Source of the DNA: Octopus vulgaris
Taxonomy: Eukaryota
Reading direction: 5' to 3'
Length of the DNA: 64,000 nt
Assembly (NCBI GenBank): GCA_951406725.2
Contig: OX597831.1
Span: 69,192,001-69,256,000 of the forward strand
Positions 53,924 to 64,000 of this stretch are shown here, piece after piece (within the stretch, counting starts at the first letter, position 1; the number at the start of each line of letters is the position of its first letter). The notes beneath the pieces are model-generated. The model made no database searches and had not been told where the DNA came from. It worked only from the letters and a program-made list of their open reading frames with translations. The position numbers and the translations under genes are program-made.

Positions 53924-54960
53924 TACGACAGGCTTCTTTCAGTTTCCGTCTACCAAATCCACTCACAAGGCATTGGTCGGCCCGGGGCTATAGCAGAAGA
54001 CACTTGCCCAAGATGCCATGCAGTGGGACTGAACCCGGAACCATGTGGTTGGTTAGCAAGCTACTTACCACACAGCCACTCCTGCGCCTATTGTAAAGTT
54101 TTTTGCAACAACTGGTCCCCAAATACCTAAACTTGAACAAACAAGATTGTTTCATTGTTATTACTGTGATATTAAATCAATTTGATACTTTAACTTTTAG
54201 TTTCTGATCAAAATTTGACAAAGCTGATGGTACAAAGGGAATTTATAAGCAAGCACAAAATTAATCAAGTGCATACTACTTTTACTTTATCATGTAATAC
54301 CAAAAGAAGAATTCACTAAATGTTGAATTCCAGTCTGAGAATTTCAGGGTACATTGTCAGTTTTAATGATATTACTTGAACAAAAAAAATACGTTGTGTT
54401 TCTTTATTAAAGATGAATTACTGAAACACATTCAATTATCAGAAATTGATCCAAGCAATGAAAGTAATTACAAAAAAATAATGATATTTACCTTGGAGAA
54501 ATGGCACCAGAACATTTAATTTGTGAATCTTTTGATGAAGAAATCAGTGTTACATGGTTTAAAACCGATTGAATAAAATTCCTTGTGGAATTTTGTATTC
54601 AAATAGAAAAAGAAGATACAAAAAGAATCGTCACAAAATTTAAAATATTTGATGAAAAGGTAGCTTAAATTCCTAGCATGTCTATCATTCAATTAGCAGT
54701 TCGTTTCCCAATCATTGTATCAGAAACTAGTCTAAATATACTCGTTGATCAATAGGCAAGTTATTGTTTAACAGCAAACAACTTACCTATCTCTAGAGAA
54801 AAAGATTCCTGAACAGTTTTGTTATCCAATTCCATAACTAATGTAACTCTTTTGCCACAGATGTCTGCATGTATTGAAAGAATATTCTCTTGAAATAATT
54901 GTGTCAAAACAAGGAATGCTAGAGACTATGTATGATAGATAACTTGTAAAGCAATCTTTC
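53250..54960 (+). mobile_element. Fossil hAT transposase interrupted by a SINE
   Basis: IPLKKNI...NFSAMMA...FIMGCV*H (CxxH), KDLTYHFSSS, QTRLF (TRW-like) and LLPQMSACIERIFS*NNCVKT (hAT dimerisation motif) occur in the expected order. Confidence 0.7.
53652..54088 (-). mobile_element. SINE family A, full length
   Basis: Homology to family A. Confidence 0.9.
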
Positions 54961-55137
54961 ACTAGAAATGCTATGGAATACACTATGTGGTAGAAGGTGT
55001 TAGAAGCAAAAGATATTTAGTAAGAATGAAAAAAGATGTAATTGCTTACTCTTACAATAGGATTTAGGGAAGACGAGAAGTAATCATTATGTTTTACATA
55101 TGAAAGTAAGTAAAATACCATTAATTTTGATTTAAAA

Positions 55138-55689
55138 TTGATATTTTTATCATCTGATTTGCTTTTTACTATTTGAGTGTGGGTTTGTTGCTGTGTCTTA
55201 AGAATTCCTAAAATTCTCACAGACAGATCTTCCCTTATGTGCATCAAGAGAAATGTTAAGAAGTGGAGAGCAACTGTGGCAAACCCTTGTGGTATACTAC
55301 AATGGATGTTTGGGAAAGGTGAAAATACTCTCAATGTGGAAGGAGTCAAATACTACCTTACTTTATAAAAAGGCTGATAGGGAAGATCTGTCTGTGAGAA
55401 TTTTAGGAATTCTTAAGACATGGCAACAAACCCACATTCAAATAGTAAAAAGCAAATCAGATGATAAAAATATCAAGAAAATATAAGAAGACTGATGTCT
55501 TCTTATAAAGAATTCCTAAAATTCTCACAGACAAATCTTTCCTATCAGTCTTCTTATAAAGTAAGGTAGTATTTGACTCCTTCCATATTGAGAGTATTTT
55601 CCCTTTTCCCAAACATCCATTGTAGTATAAGACAAGGGTTTTCCACAGTTGCTCTCAAATTCTTAACATTTCTCTTGATGCACATAAGG
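55138..55689. repeat. Interleaved inverted duplication
   Basis: 55138-55235 is the reverse complement of 55379-55476, 55233-55414 is the reverse complement of 55508-55689, and a hairpin sits at 55482-55507. Confidence 0.9.
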
Positions 55690-55837
55690 TTTTATGTTTC
55701 TTGGTTACCTTGAAAGCATTTCTCTATTTCACTCACCAGAATGAGTAATACTTCTTCTAACGCTTGTGACTGAAGGATTGAACGTCACTAATGATTTAAA
55801 AAGACCAGTGTAAAAGCTAACATCCCCTCATTGGCAA

Positions 55838-55873
<36 letters not shown>

Positions 55874-56330
55874 TTATATATTTATATATGTGTGTGTGTG
55901 TGTGTTTTATGTGTTAAGACATTTACCATTGGATTATTTTTGTTTCTTTTTTGAGTAATATTTGATATAATTAGGGGTAGTAAACTGCAGGATCAGTAGA
56001 GAATCTTGTAAAAATTCTGCATTATTCATAACATCTAAATACAACTTTATATGAATTATACTAACCCTTATTAGGAGAAACACTTATTGAATGGTTGAAT
56101 AATAAATTAATGACTTTAACAAAATAATTGTTTCATGTCTATGGTATAATTATATAGTAATTAACTTAATAGCCCTAATATACTTTATGAATTATTTCTA
56201 GCTGAAACTTTTCAGCATATAAAAGTATTTGTGTCCATAAATATGCAAACATATGCATGCACACATGCACATGCATGCATATACTGAGTGAGAGAGAGGC
56301 TGAGAGACATTAAAAATTAAATAATGCTGT

Positions 56331-57375
56331 ATTGATTATTATTATCATTGCCTTTGAACAGCTTCTAATGCTGGAAATGTATTACAGTATCAGCTGTTCA
56401 CTACCAGTGAACTATGGTAACACCTCTTATTTTTTGAGCACCTTCCAGCGTATTCGAGCGGTTCCAAGCAGTGCTGTTTTCTGCAAGTGCTCTACCCTTA
56501 TTGCAGCCCCTATTTATTCCACGTACTTCTCGAGATTTTTGCTCACTGTTCCCAGGGCTCCGACAATTATTGGTACTACTGCTACCTTTTTCATCGACCA
56601 CAACTGCTTAACTTCCCAAGCTAACCTGTCATATCTCTCAACTTTTCTTTCTTCCTTATCGCATACCTTGTTGTCAGCTGGGCATGCTATGTCTATGATC
56701 CAGCATAGTTTGTTTTCTTTCTCAATTAACACTATGGCCGGCTTCCTATTCTCTATCTCATGGTCGCATTGAATCATATAATCCCATAGGATCTTTGCAT
56801 TTCTATTTTTGACGATGCTTTCAGGTTTATAGTCATACCAAGATGTTGCTCTGTCAAGTTCATACTTGTTGCAAAGTGTCTAATGAACAAGCCTGGCTAT
56901 ATTGTCATGGTATCTCTTATATTCCTTCTGGGCTAGTGACGTACATTAGCTGGTGATATACCATACGGTTTCACGGTTTTGCCCATAGATTCTGCACTTA
57001 CTACTTTCTGATGTGTTGTCTATTCTGTATTTTATGTAGTTCATGTTTGCTCTTGGGCAGCACAGATTAGAGTCTCCATTTCCTGTTTTAAATCACTTTT
57101 AGTCTTCCACAACCATCTTATTTCTCTGTCTGTCTTATCTTCAACATTCCTATGAAATTTACCATGCATTCTTTTCATTACCCACCTATTTTCAGTTTCA
57201 TTCGTCTTCAATTTCTTGTATAGTGCTTTATCTTTGCTGTGTTCACATCCAATAAGTTCTCTTCCCCCTCTTTTTCTTGGTACATACAGTCTGTCTGTGC
57301 CACTTTTTGGGTAGAGTGACCCATATCTAGTTAGCAACTTCCTTGTCTTTCTGTCTAAGCTGTTTAGTTCGTCTA
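56331..57375 (-). mobile_element. R4/Dong-clade LINE 3' fragment (second family)
   Basis: LDRKTRKLLT...DRLYVPRKRGGR...LICAAQEQ and IIDIACP...EKxERYDRLAWEVKQLW...VVPIIVGALG. Confidence 0.85.
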
Positions 57376-58685
57376 CTACTACCACCACCACCACCACCAC
57401 CATAGGATAGAATAAATGCCAGACTTAAAAATTAAACTCAGGAGTTGATCTGCTCAGCTAAAACTCCTTACGAGTTGCATAAGCATGGCTACAGGGCAAT
57501 GACTGGACCAAGTAACAAAAAAATATAAGATAGAAGATCCAGTAAATTTCTATAAGTGTAAGGTTTGTAATTTTGCATATTGATAGAAAATGCAATGGAA
57601 AAGGGTCAAGAAAAACTGCTAAGCTATTAGAGAAAAATGTCTTGCGACATTAATACATCTCTTTTTATACAGTGAGTTTAAATCCCAGAGATTGACAGAG
57701 AAAGCACTAATAAAACCTTCTCCTGTTCAGCTCTCTTGGGAGTCTCTTACCACTATTAATTTCTGTGATGAATATTGAAGATATACTGAATAACACATGC
57801 CATCAGAAAACTTCTTAACATCATTAGGAAATTAGTTAAATTCATTTGACATCACACATAATGACAAAGTCTTGAACACTTTGTGACAACTAAGAAATTG
57901 AAATGAAGAAGCTGAAGATGATACTCAATGGTCTTACCAGCTAGCTACTGAAAGAGCAGCCCAGTAACTTGATACAATGTTTATGGGACAGGTGGAGTAA
58001 AGGTCTGTGATTGCTGATATCTAAAGTATGGGACATAAAGGCACTGAAGAATACACCAAGATGTATTTAAAATCAGATTAAATTGCCTCTGCTATAGATT
58101 TCCAGCCTTGTGCTACAGTAAGGAAGTATTATGATGAAATGATATTTTATGTAAAGAAATATATTTGTATTCAAAAAGAAATACACATAAAAATAGGTGT
58201 TGTTGTTGTTGTTGAAGTAAAACTTCAGTATTTCAGTCATCACTAACTTATAAAAAGATTACCAAACTAGTTGGTAACTTTTCTGAGACAACTATAGTTA
58301 TACTGTCCTTCTTCAGACTTCCCAATTATTCATAGCTGTATTGTATAAAAGAAAGACAGAAAGAAAAATAAAGAAGATGCTCCACAATAACAACAAATTT
58401 ATGGCAAGAACAGATTTACAAGGAAATGATCGGAATATCAAATGAATTTCAAATACCACTTTAATATTCAACACCTTCTGTTTATACACAAACATACTCA
58501 TACAAATATACACATTCATCATCAATCTATCTGTCTGTGTGTACGTCTGTCTAGTTTTCTATCGATATATTTATCTGTTTATCTATCTGTCTGTCTGTCT
58601 CTCCCTCTCTGTTCATATAAAAAACATTGATATGTATGTACACTATGTGTGTGTCTATGTAAAGTTTACTGATACAACAATAAAG

Positions 58686-58912
58686 CCTATTTCTTTACTA
58701 CCCACAAGGGGCTAAACACAGAGAGGACAAACAAGGACAGACAAACGGATTAAGTCGATTATATTGACCCCAGTGCGTAACTGGTACTTAATCTATCGAC
58801 CCCGAAAGGATGAAAGGCAAAGTCGACCTCGGTGGAATTTGAACTCAGAACGTAATGACAGACAAAATACAACTACGCATTTCGCCCGGCGTGCTAACGT
58901 CTCTGCCAGCAG
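58686..58912 (-). mobile_element. SINE family B
   Basis: Homology to 36237-36469. Confidence 0.9.
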
Positions 58913-59149
58913 CCTATCCCAACATCTCACCAAAAGTCATCTCTCTTTCTTTCACCTCCTCTCTTTCAGTGGTGGAGGCTCTTTTGTTCTTTGAATTATA
59001 TGATTTCCACTCAGTGGTTGGGTTGGCAAGTAAAACAAAAAAAAAAAAAAATTAAAAGAGTTTGAAAGGACACTTTAGACTTACTGAGAGCAAAACAAAT
59101 GCAAGTGAAAAACGAGTTACTTATTGAACAGTCGCCTGAGGAGATGCAT

Positions 59150-60165
59150 CTGCTCCTACAATGCATGACAAGAAATAATTAGAAAGAAACTATGTAGCAA
59201 GTACGAACATACACCTAGAAATACAATAACCAATATAAATGATAACGGATTTGACATAGTCACTAGACTAGGAATAGGAGATAGAACAGAACCATATGCT
59301 CAAAGAAAACAGGATAAATTGAAAAGATCATAAAAATAATCTTGATTGTGACCCCAAAGTTAGACTGACATGCTCCTCTAAATCGGATATAGATAGGATT
59401 AGCAAAAGTATAATCGATAGGGTAATACCAATTCTTAAATCTTAATTTAGACTACCACTGTGGTCTGACACTCAGATGGGTGGTTTAAAGAGCGAGAGAA
59501 ACTAGTAGTAAATTTATGCAACTAGACATAACTTGCTATTACTCCACAATTAATCCTATTCTTCTAAATAAGGCTTTAATTTTTGTTATACAGAATATGG
59601 ATTTGTCTAGATCAGAAGTAGAAATGATATTAACCATGCAAGGAACTATGATAGATTTTGATTGCAAACTTTGGATTAAATCAGATAGGATAGATTCTTT
59701 CGATATAGCAATGGGATATAGTGACTCAGCACAAGTCATGTATTTAGTCGAAGAATATATCCTACCTCAAATCGAATCCTAGTTTCCTAAGATGGGGGAT
59801 GATCGATATAGGGATGATGCTCACTTCATACTAGACTGATACAGTGAGGTAGAAATGGAGAGACATTGGAAACAACTTTTCAAATCCTTCAAATATTTTG
59901 GGTTATCTATTACTATTGAAAATAATTACCATAAGGTACATATTGTAGATGCAACTCTCAGTTTGCATACAGCCATATTTGAGCCTTTCCACAAGCCAAA
60001 TGAGAGACTGAAGTACATTAATGAATAAAAGGACTAGTAAAAAACATATGTAATAGAATATCAAAACTATCAGTGAATGAAGCAATTTTTAATGCACCTG
60101 CACCATATTATAATATCATATTGGCTAGGGCTGGATATACAAGAAAAATAAAAGAAAGGTATGAT
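59150..60165 (+). mobile_element. Decayed Penelope-like reverse transcriptase
   Basis: KDHKNNLDCDPKVRL...KSDIDRISK...KFMQLDITCYYSTI...FDIAMGYSDSAQV..LVEEYIL...YRDDA. Confidence 0.8.
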
Positions 60166-60420
60166 AATAATTCTTTCCTCACTCTTCCTCCTTGACTCTC
60201 TCGTTGCTCACACGTGACCAGCGGCTTTCTTTCTTTCTCCTCCTTACGCTACAAGAGACAACACACATTTTTGCCTGTCTCCTGTCAAAGCTTGTTTCTC
60301 CAGCGTTCACCACTTCACTTCGTTATCACTTAACAGCCCTTACCGTTTCTTTTAACTGCCCTGTTTTTGTTACCACTTTAATCCTCCGCAAATCCCAAAT
60401 TTTATTTAATTTGCTCTGCA

Positions 60421-60650
60421 GGAACGACTGTTTTGACGAAGACGCATCTTGTCCTAATTTTCGAAATACGGAGTAGATAAAACAGGGGACAACTGATAAA
60501 TAGATTATTCTTTATGTTGCCTGTCTCGTTTCTATATTTGTTTCTTTCGTTGTTCAAAGAAAAGTTCGTTTTCCATGTTTTTGTTTTTCATGTTCTCGTT
60601 TTTCATGTTGTTCACGTTTTTTTAATGTCCTGTACCCTTGTATGCTTGTG
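60421..60650 (+). repeat. Dispersed repeat with degenerate hammerhead-like cores (second copy ~31708-31920)
   Basis: Shared CGGAGTAGAT(A/G)AAAC...CAACTGA blocks; TGACGA...CGAAA. Confidence 0.55.
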
Positions 60651-60850
60651 TATATACATATATATGCATGTATGTACATGTATGTATGTATGTATATATG
60701 CATATATTTATATATTATTTATATTAGTACATATATATATATATATATGTATACATATAAACACACTTCCGGTCAGGAGTAAAAATAATTAAATTGTTTT
60801 ATTTAAATTATTTATTAACTCATAGAAGAATATAAGGATAAAAACCACGT

Positions 60851-61550
60851 TAATGATTTTTATCATGTAGTCAGCATGCTGTAAAAATTTAAAGGCAATT
60901 AATACATTAAATTAATAATAATGTACATATGTATATTATTATATCAAGAGAGATCGGGCGAAACGATCTTTCTGCAGCATGCTGGAAGTGCCGATACCTT
61001 CAAAAACTCCAGCTAAACTATACACGTGGCTGAAATCAGTCTAGTGAGAGAAAATTAAGAAAGGCATCATGTTATTTGTGAATTGGTTCCAATTTCTGGA
61101 TAGCTGTTTTCCTTCATCAACACAATACACGGACAGGGGAAATATAAGTCCGAATAACTGTACATACCTATTTCTTTACTACCCACAAGGGGCTAAACAC
61201 AGAGAGGACGAACAAGGACAGACAAACGGATTAAATCGATTATATCGACCCCAGAGCGTAACTGGCACTTATTTAATCGACCCCGAAAGGATGAAAGGCA
61301 AAGTCGACCTCGGCGGAATTTGAACTCAGAACGTAACAGCAGACGAAATACTGCCAAGCGTGCTAACGTTTGTGCCAGCTCACCGCCTTTTATAATAACT
61401 GTACATACCATCCAAAACAAGTTCACATACCTATATAGAAATATTTGCACGTATAGATCCAGTTATGTACATATGTACATTATTATTAATTTAATGTATT
61501 AATTGCCTATAAATTTTTATAGCATGCTGACTACTTGATAAAAATCATTA
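60851..61550. repeat. 83-bp inverted repeats (60851-60933 / 61468-61550), possible MITE
   Basis: Reverse-complement match with about three mismatches. Confidence 0.7.
61169..61388 (-). mobile_element. SINE family B with 16-bp TSD
   Basis: AATAACTGTACATACC at 61153-61168 and 61394-61409. Confidence 0.9.
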
Positions 61551-61589
61551 TATTTTTTTATACTGAAATAGTGTAAGAGATGAGATTCC

Positions 61590-61715
61590 TCCGGGCTCAC
61601 ATTAGGCAAGAAGGCATGTATAAAATTTGAATGAAATCGGTTGGATAGTTCTCGAGTTTTAGTGATGCACACATACAGACAGACAGACACACATGCTCAA
61701 TTATATATATAAATA
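61590..61715 (-). mobile_element. Probable Helitron 5' end
   Basis: TATATATAA...(GTCT)n...CCAACCGATTTC layout similar to the family D 5' end. Confidence 0.4.
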
Positions 61716-61954
61716 TATGAAGTCTGATCAATATGTATCTTGACTGTTGCCATAGTAATGAAGTGAAAACATGTAGAGTGAAGCTGCTTGGTACAGATTG
61801 ATCTTGAACTCTGCTGTGCATGTGTACTTTTAACATCCTAGTTTTAATGTTCTACCTTACTTCCTTACTTCCTTACAGCAGTGCTTGGAAGAAAGGTGTG
61901 TAGCATGTGATTGTTGCATTGACAATGACCAAGTTGTTATGGCGACACCTGCTC

Positions 61955-62148
61955 AGAGGCCAGGGCCAAATTTACCAAATTTGCAGAAATTGTATGTAGA
62001 GGAGGGCAGGGCATGAGCACCACAAAAGTGCGCGAGTGGTTCAGACGTTCCCAGATAGCCAAAAAAATGTGGATATTGATGAACGTCCTGGGAGACCCAG
62101 AACCAACAGAACAGAGAAAAACATTGTAGATGTGGGTGCAGTTGTGGG
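61955..62148 (+). mobile_element. Mariner transposase HTH remnant
   Basis: LQKLYVEEG...MSTTKVREWFRR / NVDIDERPGRPRTNRT. Confidence 0.75.
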
Positions 62149-62318
62149 GGTTTACCGTTGGTTAGGTATTTCTCCTGCAGTTGCCTTACCAGAAATATAG
62201 CCTCAGTGGTACTTCTCAATGGCACAAACCTAAGCTGCATCTCATCTAAACTAACTCTCTCCCTTTTTAGTTGGGCTATGACCCTCTCTGAGACTTTCAT
62301 CACCTGATCCAGCAATTT
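62149..62318 (-). mobile_element. RTE RT fragment
   Basis: LLDQVMKVSERVI...DEMQLRFVPLRSTTEAIFLVRQLQEKYL. Confidence 0.8.
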
Positions 62319-62330
62319 GATATATATATA

Positions 62331-62540
62331 TATAACTAAAAATAAGGGTGTCTGAGAGACACCACCATGAACATTTAAGGTGGTTTTTAGAGTCAGGGAT
62401 TTGACTGCTATTTCGGCATGGTGGTGTCTCTCAGAAACCCTTATTTTTAGTTATAAAAAATTATTACCTTTGTATGGTATTTATTCCCATGCTTGGCCAC
62501 TTGGTAATATCGGTATTTAAATATCGATATTATCCTTATT

Positions 62541-62545
<5 letters not shown>
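62331..62545. mobile_element. (TA)n-flanked insert with 39-bp inverted arms
   Basis: Arms at 62331-62369 and 62417-62455 with one mismatch. Confidence 0.6.
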
Positions 62546-62579
<34 letters not shown>

Positions 62580-64000
62580 CGAGCGTTCTTTCAGTTTCCG
62601 GCTACCAAATCCACTCACAAGGCTTTAGTTGGCACGAGGCTATAGTAGAAGACACTTGCTCAAGGTGCCACGCAGTGGGACTGAAACTGGAACCATCTGA
62701 TCCAATTCTGATAGAAGTAATTATTTTGCTGTCAATTCATTGGATTAATCCCAACAAAATACTACAAGTTTAGTCACTGGCTCAGCACCTATGTTGGTGT
62801 TCTTCACTCCAAAATAATAAAAATTTAACATACTTCCAAAATGGGCCATAATCCATATATATCCGCATGCGTATATGTACATGTGTTAGGGGTGTGGGTG
62901 AGGGGGGGAGAGGTGCAAGGAAAACATTTTCGGAAATGTACTCATAAAATTTCTATTAAAATAAGTTATCTTTATATGCCACGTTTGCAATTCTCCATAT
63001 AAATGATAGCTAAGTATGTATCAAAGGAAATTAAAATCCTGGTTCAATGACAGATCGATCAAGTTAGTAAAGTTTTAACGTTGTTGGTAACAACATATTC
63101 TCTCTTTTAATTGAACATTGAAAAAGAGAGAAAATGCAAGAGAAATTAATTTTGGCGGCAATGACTAAACCCCTTGATTTATTATCACAATTTTAAAAAA
63201 TTCGGTGATGTAACATTGCGCTAGTTCATTTCCGTAAATGTACTCACAACCACAAAAATTCTCTGGACTTTTAGCTGTTATTTTTAGCATATTGAGTTTC
63301 GTGGTGAGGGCTTCACATGCCGTGCTCTTTCACTATAAATCTACGCATGCGGAAATGGACAAATCATTTTCACTTTTAGACAGTAGGATGGTGTGTGGAT
63401 CAAAAGTTAAAATTTGAAAACGTGTTTTTTTTTTTGCATATTCGGAATCTCCGTCATAAAAAGTATAGGATTCCGGTGAAAAAGAAAAAAAAATCGGAAA
63501 GATCAGTTTGAGGAGTGGGGAGTAATTGCCCTCCAGTTCCACCAAATGGGTTATTATGATTTTGCCGATTAAACTCCCAACCCAAGTGCTCCCGTCGCGA
63601 CACTGATTCTGCAGAACTGGGTTGGGTATGGAAACCATCTTTAAAGTACAAATATAGATGTTTTTGAATCAGCAATATTGTGTTCGGTTTAAGTCCTATT
63701 TGGGGTGAAAAATCGATAAACTGATTCCTTATGGGGTTTTCCATTTAACCAGGATAAAAAAGATCGATAGACTGATTCCTTATAGGATTTCTCAGTAAAA
63801 TCGGTTACACCTCATTTTCAACCATAACTTTTACCAATTTTGATGTATTTTGTTCAAACTTGATGCCAGCATTACTTAGGACTCATGGGATCTTTGAATG
63901 CTTTAAGTTTTCCAAAAACGGGAAAAAAATCGATGAGTGGAAAAAATCGATAAACCAGTTCCTTATGGGATTACCCAATTAAGTTGTCTGTAACTCATTT

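Overview
AT-rich, repeat-dense eukaryotic intronic or intergenic DNA. From memory, the SINE, LINE and microsatellite repertoire resembles a cephalopod (Octopus-like) genome; this is inference, not a database result. No confident host gene was found, only one weak candidate exon at 37568-37727. Retroelements: a near-complete R4/Dong-clade RLE LINE (12.6-16.7 kb, minus), fragments of at least three RTE LINE families, a decayed Ty3/Gypsy pol with nested insertions, Penelope-like RT and GIY-YIG remnants, and many tRNA-derived SINEs. One RTE family has a hairpin array in its 3'UTR and another ends in three C2H2 fingers. DNA elements: fossil maT/mariner and hAT transposases, non-autonomous Helitrons and TTAA MITEs. 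Two signals stand out. First, several short non-coding inserts in (TA)n tracts carry type I hammerhead ribozyme motifs with a self-complementary helix III; the one at 1259-1365 looks intact, suggesting Penelope pLTR or retrozyme-like elements. Second, several insertions and inversions appear to be copied from nearby sequence. All protein and family calls are by-eye motif recognition, and element boundaries are approximate unless a TSD or terminus is quoted.
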